From positions 1,824,001-1,888,000 of the forward strand of contig CP169074.1 of assembly GCA_041891055.1 (NCBI GenBank): a stretch of DNA of 64,000 nucleotides. Reading direction: 5' to 3'. This DNA comes from Halorutilales archaeon Cl-col2-1. Lineage in GTDB: Archaea > Halobacteriota > Halobacteria > Halobacteriales > Afararchaeaceae. The notes below the pieces were generated by a model. It was not told where the DNA came from, did not search any database, and saw nothing but the letters and a program-made list of their open reading frames with translations. Positions within the stretch are counted from its first letter, which is position 1. Each line of letters begins with the position of its first letter. Shown piece after piece: positions 27,585 through 36,571 of the stretch. Both the position numbers and the translations under genes were made by a program.

Positions 27585-28049
27585 ATGAAGCTGGTTATCG
27601 ACGCCAACGTCTTCAGATCTATGATCTGAAGGCTCATCAATCTCCGATTGAGGAACGTTGTTATCTCTGCACTTATCGCCGATTCAAAAACACGTGAACT
27701 CATCGTCACACTCGAACCCGATCTCCTGACACCTGAGTTTGTCCACGACGAAGTCGAGAATTACGAAGACATGATTGCAGTGAAGTCGGGCATGGAACCG
27801 GATCGAGTAGAACAGTTCATGGATCTCCTGTTCCAGTACATCGAGACGGCTCCTGCTGACGAATTCTATCCGTCGATTGAGACAGCGAAAGAAGCAATCG
27901 GATATACCGACCCGGACGATGTGCTCTACTTAGCCTGCGCGATCGAAAGAAATGCTGCTATCTGGAGCGATGACTCTGACTTCGACAGACAGGACTTAGT
28001 CGACACTTACTCGACGAGTGACGTAATCAACTCGTTTGATACAGTCTAA
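27585..28049 (+). pseudogene. vapC: PIN-domain toxin VapC interrupted by a 48-nt unit carrying an in-frame TGA
   Basis: MKLVIDAN[insert; TGA 27627-27629]VVISALI...DPDD..YLACA..IWSDDSDF. Confidence 0.85.
27610..27657 (+). repeat. double-hairpin unit (48 nt) in vapC
   Basis: CTTCAGATC-TAT-GATCTGAAG GCTCA TCAATC-TCC-GATTGA GGAACG; AACGT at 27606 and 27654. Confidence 0.9.
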
Positions 28050-28071
28050 TGCCTCTGTCTTTCAGTATTAC

Positions 28072-28734
28072 TCACCGCCCCTCGTAGAGGCGGTTCCCTA
28101 GCTCCGGCGGCAGACCCACGTCTTCTATCCTCTCGTCGACTTCTTCTATCGGATACTCGACACGTCTCAGATCGACCTCGACCTCCTCGGTGTCGAGTAT
28201 GGCATATGCCGCCCGCGGATCTCCGTCACGCGGCTGTCCCACGCTCCCCGGGTTGACTATGGTACCTTCGTCGAAGGTCTCTGAGTGCTGTACGTGTGTG
28301 TGTCCGAGTACGAGAACGTCCTCGTCCCCTATCAGATTGGGCGAGAACTCGTGGGGTCTCGTGTACCTGTCGGGAGCGTCGGGGGCACCGTGTGCGATAT
28401 GTATATTAACACCGTCGTTCTCGATGTCTTTCTCGACGGGGAGTGACTCGATGTACTCGAGGTCGTCGTCGGAGAGTCTGTCGCGTGTCCAGTCGACTGC
28501 ACGTCCCGCTACTGAGTGAAATCCGAAAGACGACCCACCGGCTACGGCGCGGTCGTGGTTGCCCTTTATCGACTTCACCCCTCTCTCCCTGAAGACGTCG
28601 ATCACCTCAGTCGGGTAGGGGTTGTATCCGACTACGTCTCCTGCGTGTATCACACGGTCGACTTCCATGTCTCGGAGTACCGATTCGAGTGCGGGAGCGT
28701 TACCGTGGACGTCGCTTATGATGCCTACTCTCAT
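28072..28734 (-). CDS. metallophosphoesterase
   Basis: SDVHGN, GDVVGY, GNHD, GHTH, NPGSVGQPRD. Confidence 0.92.
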   Translation of the reverse strand: MRVGIISDVHGNAPALESVLRDMEVDRVIHAGDVVGYNPYPTEVIDVFRERGVKSIKGNHDRAVAGGSSFGFHSVAGRAVDWTRDRLSDDDLEYIESLPVEKDIENDGVNIHIAHGAPDAPDRYTRPHEFSPNLIGDEDVLVLGHTHVQHSETFDEGTIVNPGSVGQPRDGDPRAAYAILDTEEVEVDLRRVEYPIEEVDERIEDVGLPPELGNRLYEGR

Positions 28735-28812
28735 GTCTTCAAATACGTTCCCGATCCCCAAGTCTCTGTTCAATAGCCGTCTTCAAATACTGCGGGTTCC
28801 TGAATCTATATT

Positions 28813-29412
28813 ATGTTCACGGGAATAATAGAGGAGACGGGCGAGATAGACTCGGTCGACGAGACCGACGACGGCGTACGTATCAGAATACGTGGCGACG
28901 AGGTTCTCGGAGACGTCGAGGAAGGCGCGAGCATAAGCGTGAGCGGCGTCTGTCTCACGGTCGAGGAGTACGCAGACTCGTGGTTCGAGGTCTTCCTCGC
29001 TCAGGAGACAGTCGAGAAGACCTACCTCGGAGACCTCTCCGAGGGCGACGTCGTCAACCTAGAACGTGCACTCCGCGCCGACGACAGACTTGATGGACAT
29101 TTCGTACAGGGACACGTCGACACGACGACCCAGCTAACCGATGTGAGACGCGTAGGTGACGACTGGGAGTACGACTTCGCTCTTCCCGACGACTACTCGG
29201 ATTACATAGTCTCGAAGGGATCGGTCTCATTGGACGGAATAAGCCTCACAGTCGCCGAAGTCGAAGAGGAGACCTTCACCGTCGCTGTGATACCCACGAC
29301 ACACGACCTCACAAATCTCTCGGAGAAAGAAGTCGGGGACAGCGTCAACATCGAGGTCGACGTCATAGCCAAGTACGTCGAGAGTCTCGTATCAGACTTC
29401 GGACAGACGTAG
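28813..29412 (+). CDS. ribC: riboflavin synthase (bacterial-type alpha chain)
   Basis: MFTGIIEE, GVCLTV, VNLERAL, GHFVQGHVD. Confidence 0.95.
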   Translation: MFTGIIEETGEIDSVDETDDGVRIRIRGDEVLGDVEEGASISVSGVCLTVEEYADSWFEVFLAQETVEKTYLGDLSEGDVVNLERALRADDRLDGHFVQGHVDTTTQLTDVRRVGDDWEYDFALPDDYSDYIVSKGSVSLDGISLTVAEVEEETFTVAVIPTTHDLTNLSEKEVGDSVNIEVDVIAKYVESLVSDFGQT

Positions 29413-30069
29413 GTAATGTCCGTCGGGGTCACCGAGTACGGTGGAGTCGGATTCCTCGGAGACCCAACAAGCCTTTTCTTCTGTCTCTTCGAGCCCGTCG
29501 AGGCTCTCGACCTCTATACCCATCTCGACGTGTATACCGCCTCTCGCGTCGGCGATTCCGAGATGGGGCTCCCAGAGTTCGAGGTCGAATCCCCCCGCGT
29601 CGAGACGAACCCTCCGTCGCGCGTCACCTCTGTCGTAGACCTCCATGCCGAGCGACTCGTAGAACTCCTCCGACCTTTCGAGGTCTTCGACTTCGAGGAC
29701 GACCTCGAAGATACCGGTTATTCCCTCTCCCTCGCTGTCTTTCGCTCCTATCTCGACACAGTGCCCGTCGGGGTCGTAGAAGTAGGCTGACTTCGCCTCG
29801 CCGAAGGAGTACTCCGAGACCGAGAGTCCGAGGTCTAAGAGACGTGACAGCCACGATCCGTACTCCTCTGTCGGAGTCGAGAGTGCGAAATGCGTGTGTA
29901 CTCCTCCTCTCGGAAGACCCGACGGTCTCCTCAGTACGACTTCGGTACCCCCCGCGTTGAGACTCACGGCTCGGTCGGTCTCGGCGTCGACTTCGAGACC
30001 CAGGTTCGTGTAGAACTCCCTCGCCCTCCTCAGATACTTGACTTCGAGACCCAGCCGACTTAGCTCCAT
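29392..30069 (-). CDS. VOC/glyoxalase family protein
   Basis: Two VOC domains, RGGVHTHFA, YDPDGHCVE. Confidence 0.85.
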   Translation of the reverse strand: MELSRLGLEVKYLRRAREFYTNLGLEVDAETDRAVSLNAGGTEVVLRRPSGLPRGGVHTHFALSTPTEEYGSWLSRLLDLGLSVSEYSFGEAKSAYFYDPDGHCVEIGAKDSEGEGITGIFEVVLEVEDLERSEEFYESLGMEVYDRGDARRRVRLDAGGFDLELWEPHLGIADARGGIHVEMGIEVESLDGLEETEEKACWVSEESDSTVLGDPDGHYLRLSEV

Positions 30070-30131
30070 ACCTGCGTTATGCAGCACTAACACTAAAACT
30101 AAAGGTAACGCGGCTCGTCTGAGAAAGTAGA

Positions 30132-31382
30132 TTGCGACTCGACGACTACATAGAGATAGAGATCGACTCCGACGAGTCCTACGAGAGACGGAGACTCGCG
30201 AAAGAGAAGTCGTACGAGATCCTCGACTACCTCACCGAGTCGAAGAACCGTTTCGAGGAGGTAGAACAGAGCGGCTCGCTCTTCGGAAGTACGTCTCCTT
30301 CGGTCTTCGTCGGCAGGTCGAACTACCCGCGTGTCTCGGCGGGTCTCCTCTCTCCGGTCGCCGAGGAAGAAGACGCCTCGGAGTTCTCCGAGAGCCAGGA
30401 CTGGTACGAACGCGGTCTGGGTATCGATAACGTCCTACAGTACCGCACCGGACTCCTCAACTCCGATACCAGACTCGACGTAGAGGCGAGAGGAGGATTC
30501 GTCGACGTACAGCAGGAGGTCGCACTCGCCGACCGTCCCGTCGATGTCGAGATACAGCTCGACGACACCCCTGACTTCGACGTCTCACTCGACCAGATTG
30601 CGACTCCCACGGGACCCAGAGCGACAGCCGACGAGGCGGAGCTTACCGAGAACCCTCACGTGCCCCGGAGCGTCGAGAAGGTATTCGGAGACGACGACTG
30701 GAAGGCGGAGGACGCGATGACGTATCTCTACGACAAGGGCTTCGACGTCTACGAGATAGACGACATACTCTCGGCGGGTGCTCTCGGACAGTCTGACGAG
30801 AGGAAACTCGTCCCTACGAGATGGTCGATAACCGCGGTCGACGACGCCGTCGGCAGCCACATACGACACGAGATCAAGACCAACCCGTCGGTCGACTCCA
30901 CGTATGTCTGGGAGAACACTTACATGGGAAACCGTTACTGGGTGATACTCTCGCCGGGGCAGTGGGAGTTCGAGCTAGTCGAGATAAAGAGTCCCGGGAG
31001 CATCTGGAACCCGTCCCCCGACGGCGACGTCTATATGGCGAGCGCACACGAGGGATACGACGGAAGGACGACCTACGTCGCCGAGACCGCGGGGGCGTAC
31101 TACGCCTCACGCATCGGGGCTCTCGACTATCTCCGGTCGGTCGGACGACAGGCGAAATGTCTCGTGATACGTGAGGTCACCGACGAATACTGGGCTCCCG
31201 TCGGAGTCTGGCAGATACGAGAAAGCGTCCGGAATGCTTTCGAGGGCGAGAGTGGAGTCGCTGAGACCTTCCCCGAAGCAATAGATAAGGTCGTCTCGCG
31301 TCTCCCCGTCTCGACCGACCGTCTCAGACGTAAGTCGACTATGGTCTCGGGGCTCCAGACGAGCCTGGACGACTTCTTCTAG
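30132..31382 (+). CDS. nreA: DNA repair protein NreA
   Basis: PSVFVGR.NYP, LVPTRWSITAVD, PVGVWQIRE, C-terminal PIP motif QTSLDDFF; TTG start. Confidence 0.92.
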   Translation: MRLDDYIEIEIDSDESYERRRLAKEKSYEILDYLTESKNRFEEVEQSGSLFGSTSPSVFVGRSNYPRVSAGLLSPVAEEEDASEFSESQDWYERGLGIDNVLQYRTGLLNSDTRLDVEARGGFVDVQQEVALADRPVDVEIQLDDTPDFDVSLDQIATPTGPRATADEAELTENPHVPRSVEKVFGDDDWKAEDAMTYLYDKGFDVYEIDDILSAGALGQSDERKLVPTRWSITAVDDAVGSHIRHEIKTNPSVDSTYVWENTYMGNRYWVILSPGQWEFELVEIKSPGSIWNPSPDGDVYMASAHEGYDGRTTYVAETAGAYYASRIGALDYLRSVGRQAKCLVIREVTDEYWAPVGVWQIRESVRNAFEGESGVAETFPEAIDKVVSRLPVSTDRLRRKSTMVSGLQTSLDDFF

Positions 31383-31384
31383 TT

Positions 31385-32035
31385 TTAGATGATCGCGTCT
31401 ACTGCGTCGCTCAGGGAGTCGAGCCCTCTCTTGAAGTCCCACTCCCCTTCGTCGCCCGTGTAGTTCGAGACCGCGATCACCGCCGAGACTTCGACGTCTC
31501 TGAGGTAACAGACCTGTGCGACACCGGCGGTCTCCATGTCCTCGACGACAGCGCCCGTCCTCTCACGTATCTCGCGCGCAGTCCCGTCGTTCGCCGAGAC
31601 TGACGAGACGGTGGCTACGCCTCCCGATGCGTCTGTCTCGACGTTGACGGGCGAGAGGTCGTACTCGTTGTATCTCCCCGGTGCTGTCTCGAAACCGAGG
31701 TCTTCCATGCCGTGGAACTCGTCGCTTGTGAGACCCAGGTCGGCGTGTACTGCACGCGTTCCCATAACTACGTCGCCGACCTCGACAGCCGTGTCTCGGA
31801 AGGCACCACCTATACCTGCGTCTACGACCTTCTCGATGTCGTACCTTTCGAGAGCCAACGATACCGACGCCGCGGCGTTACTCCTCCCTATTCCCGTTAC
31901 GACGACCAGGCTGTCGCCACACGAGTAGACCGGACGTCCGAGCACCTCGCCGACGGCTTCGGCTTCGGCTTCTCTTTCTCCTAAGACCGCCTCGGCTTCC
32001 TCCTCCATCGCTACACATACGAGTCTGTCTGCCAT
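31385..32035 (-). CDS. mqnB: futalosine hydrolase / MTA-SAH nucleosidase family
   Basis: TGIG..NAA, AGIGGAF, ADLG, EDME.AGVA, VSNY. Confidence 0.7.
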   Translation of the reverse strand: MADRLVCVAMEEEAEAVLGEREAEAEAVGEVLGRPVYSCGDSLVVVTGIGRSNAAASVSLALERYDIEKVVDAGIGGAFRDTAVEVGDVVMGTRAVHADLGLTSDEFHGMEDLGFETAPGRYNEYDLSPVNVETDASGGVATVSSVSANDGTAREIRERTGAVVEDMETAGVAQVCYLRDVEVSAVIAVSNYTGDEGEWDFKRGLDSLSDAVDAII

Positions 32036-32062
32036 CCGTAACCGTCTTAACTCCTCCAGACC

Positions 32063-35000
32063 TTGTTTCTTTACGGTGATAATATCTCCGACTCCTCCCC
32101 TTCTCACTCCCAGAAACAGACAGAAGACAGCCGTGTCGACGCCGACACAGACGTTGACGCCGACGGTCAGATCGACGACGCCCACGTCCTCGAACTCCTA
32201 GAGCCCTCAGTAAGGGACTGGTGGGTCGACGAGTTCGGCGAGTACACAGATATCAACAACGGCTACTTCACACCGCCCCAGAAGGAGGCTGTCCCCCTGA
32301 TACACGAGGGAGAGAACGCACTCATAGCGTCGCCGACGGGCAGCGGAAAATGTGTTACTCCCGATACCCCACTCTTAGTAGACGAAGACGGTGAGAGCCG
32401 GGTACTCAGAGCCTCGGATCTCCTCGACAAGACCGAGACTAAGGTAGCCGACGTCGACCACGACGGTGAGCTACACACGAGTAGCATAAGCTCCTACTCT
32501 CTCACAGACTACGGCGAGATAGAGACGAAGGACGCCCTCGTCTACTCCGAGACCTACTCGGGAGACGTATACCGGCTCAAGACCGTCTATGGAAGGGAGG
32601 TCGAGCTAACACCCGACCATCCTCTTCTCGTCGAGACTCGCGACGGTTCCGAGTGGAGGCGAGCGGAGGAGGTCGATGAGGGGGACAGGATCGGTGTCCC
32701 GAGGCGTATAGATCTACCCGAGGAGACACAGACACTCCACCTCGAAACCGCCGTCCGAAAGCTCAGACAGAGATTCGAAGACGCCGTCACGTCTGAGGAG
32801 TCGGAGAGTCTCGAAATACATCTGCGGGAAGCCGATGGTGTCTCCGACTTATCTGAGACGGATCTGAGACGTCTCCTGTGTCTCGCGCGCCTTACGATTA
32901 CCGAGGCTGCCGAGGCTCTCTCAGTGAGTCCTGCTACCGTACACAGACGTGTCACGTCACCCGAGAGCTTTGACGACGATGACCTGGGTCTTCTGAGACT
33001 GATAGAGGAGAGGTTCGAGCCTCTGGGTGAGACGGAGGTTGCCGTGGTGATGAACAACGGTGCTGTTTCGAGGTTTGAGTACCCCGAGACGGTAGACGCC
33101 GAGGTCGCGAGACTCGCTGCTTTCGTCCTCGCCGAGGGGTTCATAGGCGACTACGACAGGAGCGGCATGGTATCTGTCTCCCAGAGTAAGAGAACCGATC
33201 TTCTCGAAGAGGTAAGACGTACTGCGGAGGAGAGGTTCGGTGTCGTCTTCGAACTCAAGGAGGGTAGCTCTAAGGACTACGCAGTAAACGACTCGGCTTT
33301 CGCTGTCTTCTTCTCAGAGCTCCTAGACATAGACACGGGAGAGGGAAGGGAAGTCGATCTTCCCGACTGGATTCTCAACGCTCCGAGAGACGTCAAGAGG
33401 GCTTTCGTCTCGACCTTCCTCTCACTCGAAGCCGAGGTCAGAAACGACGAGGTACGTCTGACACAGGCTAACGAGATGAAGATAGAACAGATCAACTACC
33501 TCCTGATGTCGTTCGGGATACTCGCGTCACGCCGAACTGTCTCGAAACGCGCCACTAACTCCGGGATGGAGAAGAGGGAGTACACGACCTTAACCGTCAG
33601 ACGGAAGCAGAGTCTCCGGCGTCTCGTCTCTGAGTTCGACATACGCCATCCCAACACAGCCTCAGCCGAGAGACACGCAGTAGGCGACGGCTCGGGGGAG
33701 GTAGTCGGCAAACACAGTATCGACTACAAGCGGATAGCCGGTCTCTCCGAGGAGTACGCGAGCTACGACGACTTCATGGACGAACTCGGCAATGTATACG
33801 AGGTCGCGAGGAGGTCGGGATACATAACACAGAGAGGCTTGGACAAGCTGGATTCGGCTCTCGACTCTCTCCCCGACGGCACAGCCCCCGACCTTGAGGA
33901 AACTGTGGGGGAGATGCGTGACTCGAACGTTGTCTGGCTCGAAGTCACGGAGAAGGAGACCATCGACTACGACGGCGAGATAATCGATCTCAACGTCCCG
34001 GATCTCCACAACTTCGTCGGTGGTTCGGGAGGGATGTACCTACACAACACTCTCGCCTCTTTTACCTCGATCATAAACGAGCTATTCAGGAAGAGTAAGG
34101 AAGACGAACTCGAGAACTCGGTCTACTGTCTCTACGTCTCGCCCCTCAAGAGCCTCGCCAACGACATACATCGGAACCTCGAAGTTCCTCTTGAGGGCAT
34201 AGACGAGGTCGCGCGTGAGAACGGACACGACCCCGCCGAGATACGCCACGCTATACGCCACGGAGACACGAGCGACTACGAGCGTCAGAAGATGCTCGAC
34301 GAGACTCCCCATATCCTCAACACGACTCCCGAGACCCTCGGGATACTCCTCAACTCGCCCAAGTTCCGTGAGAAGCTCAGGACTGTCGAGTACGTCATAG
34401 TCGACGAGATACATTCGCTCGCCGACAACAAGCGGGGCGTCCATCTCTCGGTCTCTCTCGAACGTCTCGAAAACCTGTGTGAGACTTCACCGACACGTAT
34501 AGGCTGTTCGGCGACAGTCGAGCCCCTCGAAGACATCGCCGACTTCCTCGTGGGATACGACGAGGCGGGAGGCGAACCGCGCGACTCGACCGTCGTCGAC
34601 ACACGTTTCGTACGTGACTTCGACATACAGCTCCGGTGTCCGACCGACGACCTCATACACACACCCAACGACGAGATACAGGACGCCTTCTACCAACAGC
34701 TACACTCGATGGTACAGGATCACGACAACACTCTGATATTCACAAATACGAGGTCGGGCGCAGAGAGGGTTCTGCACAATCTACGTGACAGGTTCGACGT
34801 CTACGACGACTCGAACTCGGGCTGCCACCACGGCTCGGTCGGAAAGGAGGGGAGAAAGCAGATCGAGGAGGATCTCAAGTCGGGCGACATCGACTTCGTG
34901 ACCTCGTCTACGTCTCTCGAACTCGGGGTCGACATGCCCCATCTCGACTTAGTCGTTCAGGTCGGCTCGCCGAAGTCGGTAGCGGGTCTCCTTCAGCGCA

Positions 35001-36487
35001 TAGGGAGGGCGGGACACTCCCTCGGAGAGACAGTCGAGGGACGTGTGATAGCACTCGACCGCGACGAACTCATAGAGTGTGCGGTGATGCTCAAGAAGGC
35101 GGAGGAGGGCTTTGTCGACCGCGTCTTCGTTCCCGAGAAGCCACAGGACGTCCTCGCTCAGCACGTCTACGGAATGGCGATCAACTCCGTCCGCCCCGAG
35201 CGCGAGGTCGTCGAGACGGTAAGAAGGGCATACCCCTACCGCAACTACCAACGTGACGACTGGGAGTCTCTGATGAGGTACCTCACTGCCGACTACGAGG
35301 GGATGGAAGACCGCTCTATATACGCCAAGGTCTGGAGGGACGAGAACGATGACGGCACCACGGTGATAGGAAAACGCGGAAAGATGGCGCGTGTCATCTA
35401 CATGACCAACATAGGTACTATACCCGACTCGTTCACGATCGACGTCTTCGTGAGAGGAACCGACGAGTGGGTCGGCGACCTCGACGAGGGATACCTCGAC
35501 AACCTCGACAAGGGCGACGTCTTCGTTCTGGGAGGACAGAACTACGAGTTCAAGTACCGCAGGGGATCGAAGGTCTACGTCGATCCGACGACCGCCTCGC
35601 CGACAGTCCCTTCGTGGTTCTCCGAGCGTCTTCCGCTGTCGTACGACCTCGGACGTGAGATACTCAGGTTCAAACGCCAGACTGTCGAACGCATACACGA
35701 CGAAGACGCTGACGCGCGCGACTGGCTCTCGTCGTACCCCGTTGACTCGAACTCGGTCGAGAGCATACTCCGTATATTCGACGAACAGCTACGTTACGCG
35801 AGCGAACTCAGCGTCTCGACCGATGAACGTTTCGTCGTCGAACAGGTCGTAGACACCGACGCCGGGAGACGTCATTACTACTTCCACTCGAACTACGGGA
35901 GGAAGTTCAACGACGGTCTCTCACGGATAGTCGCCCACGAGGCTTCTCGCCGCATAGAGACCAACGTCAAGATCTCGGTCGCAGACAACGGCTTCGCTGT
36001 CTCGATGCCTATGAACCGGAAGATCGACGTCTACGACGTCATAGACTCCGTGAATCCCGACAACGCCGAAGAGATACTCAGGGACGCACTCGACGGCAGC
36101 GAGCTACTCAAACGGTACTTCCGTATAAACGCGACGCGTTCGCTGATGATACTCAAGAACTACAAGGGCAACACCAAGAGTGCGAAGAGACAGCAGGTCT
36201 CCTCCGACATGCTGATACATTACGCCGAGGATCTCGACGGCTTCGTCGTATTAGAGGAGACCTACAGGGAGGTCACCGAGGACAAGCTCGACATAGACCA
36301 CATACAGGACGTACTCGGCGAGATACACGACGGCGACGTGGATGTCGTCGGAATCGAGCCCGAGAGTCCGACGCCGATGGCTTTCGGAATCGCGTCACTC
36401 GCGGCGAGCGACGTCGTCCTCGCCGAGGACAAGTCGAAGGTCTTAGAGGAGTTCCACGACAGGGTGATGGAGGAGATAGACGGATAG
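32063..36487 (+). CDS. lhr: ATP-dependent helicase Lhr containing an intein
   Basis: TPPQ, SPTGSGK|intein|TL, DEIH, SAT, TSSTSLELGVD, QRIGRAGH; start codon uncertain (TTG). Confidence 0.93.
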   Translation: MFLYGDNISDSSPSHSQKQTEDSRVDADTDVDADGQIDDAHVLELLEPSVRDWWVDEFGEYTDINNGYFTPPQKEAVPLIHEGENALIASPTGSGKCVTPDTPLLVDEDGESRVLRASDLLDKTETKVADVDHDGELHTSSISSYSLTDYGEIETKDALVYSETYSGDVYRLKTVYGREVELTPDHPLLVETRDGSEWRRAEEVDEGDRIGVPRRIDLPEETQTLHLETAVRKLRQRFEDAVTSEESESLEIHLREADGVSDLSETDLRRLLCLARLTITEAAEALSVSPATVHRRVTSPESFDDDDLGLLRLIEERFEPLGETEVAVVMNNGAVSRFEYPETVDAEVARLAAFVLAEGFIGDYDRSGMVSVSQSKRTDLLEEVRRTAEERFGVVFELKEGSSKDYAVNDSAFAVFFSELLDIDTGEGREVDLPDWILNAPRDVKRAFVSTFLSLEAEVRNDEVRLTQANEMKIEQINYLLMSFGILASRRTVSKRATNSGMEKREYTTLTVRRKQSLRRLVSEFDIRHPNTASAERHAVGDGSGEVVGKHSIDYKRIAGLSEEYASYDDFMDELGNVYEVARRSGYITQRGLDKLDSALDSLPDGTAPDLEETVGEMRDSNVVWLEVTEKETIDYDGEIIDLNVPDLHNFVGGSGGMYLHNTLASFTSIINELFRKSKEDELENSVYCLYVSPLKSLANDIHRNLEVPLEGIDEVARENGHDPAEIRHAIRHGDTSDYERQKMLDETPHILNTTPETLGILLNSPKFREKLRTVEYVIVDEIHSLADNKRGVHLSVSLERLENLCETSPTRIGCSATVEPLEDIADFLVGYDEAGGEPRDSTVVDTRFVRDFDIQLRCPTDDLIHTPNDEIQDAFYQQLHSMVQDHDNTLIFTNTRSGAERVLHNLRDRFDVYDDSNSGCHHGSVGKEGRKQIEEDLKSGDIDFVTSSTSLELGVDMPHLDLVVQVGSPKSVAGLLQRIGRAGHSLGETVEGRVIALDRDELIECAVMLKKAEEGFVDRVFVPEKPQDVLAQHVYGMAINSVRPEREVVETVRRAYPYRNYQRDDWESLMRYLTADYEGMEDRSIYAKVWRDENDDGTTVIGKRGKMARVIYMTNIGTIPDSFTIDVFVRGTDEWVGDLDEGYLDNLDKGDVFVLGGQNYEFKYRRGSKVYVDPTTASPTVPSWFSERLPLSYDLGREILRFKRQTVERIHDEDADARDWLSSYPVDSNSVESILRIFDEQLRYASELSVSTDERFVVEQVVDTDAGRRHYYFHSNYGRKFNDGLSRIVAHEASRRIETNVKISVADNGFAVSMPMNRKIDVYDVIDSVNPDNAEEILRDALDGSELLKRYFRINATRSLMILKNYKGNTKSAKRQQVSSDMLIHYAEDLDGFVVLEETYREVTEDKLDIDHIQDVLGEIHDGDVDVVGIEPESPTPMAFGIASLAASDVVLAEDKSKVLEEFHDRVMEEIDG
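32351..34048 (+). mobile_element. intein (566 aa) with LAGLIDADG-type homing endonuclease in the Lhr P-loop
   Basis: Starts C(VTPDT), block B LTPDHPL, block C LAAFVLAEG, ends HNF....YLHN followed by Thr. Confidence 0.95.
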
Positions 36488-36571
36488 AACGCCCTCCCCG
36501 GGTCTTTCTCCTTGGTACGTATTTAATAACCGAAGCCGTTATTGTATTAAGACCTAAATATACTGGCACGT

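Larger units (their letters stand above)
27244..28107. mobile_element. vapBC islet flanked by a duplicated 3' end of the phosphoesterase gene
   Basis: Direct repeat TCACCGCCC(T/C)TCGTAGAGGCGGT at 27244 and 28072, 30/36 identity extended. Confidence 0.7.

Noticed and set aside
27610-27657. Units as bulge-helix-bulge introns
   Set aside because: I could not form a BHB across the junctions, and units occur in both orientations relative to genes; only RT-PCR would exclude it fully.
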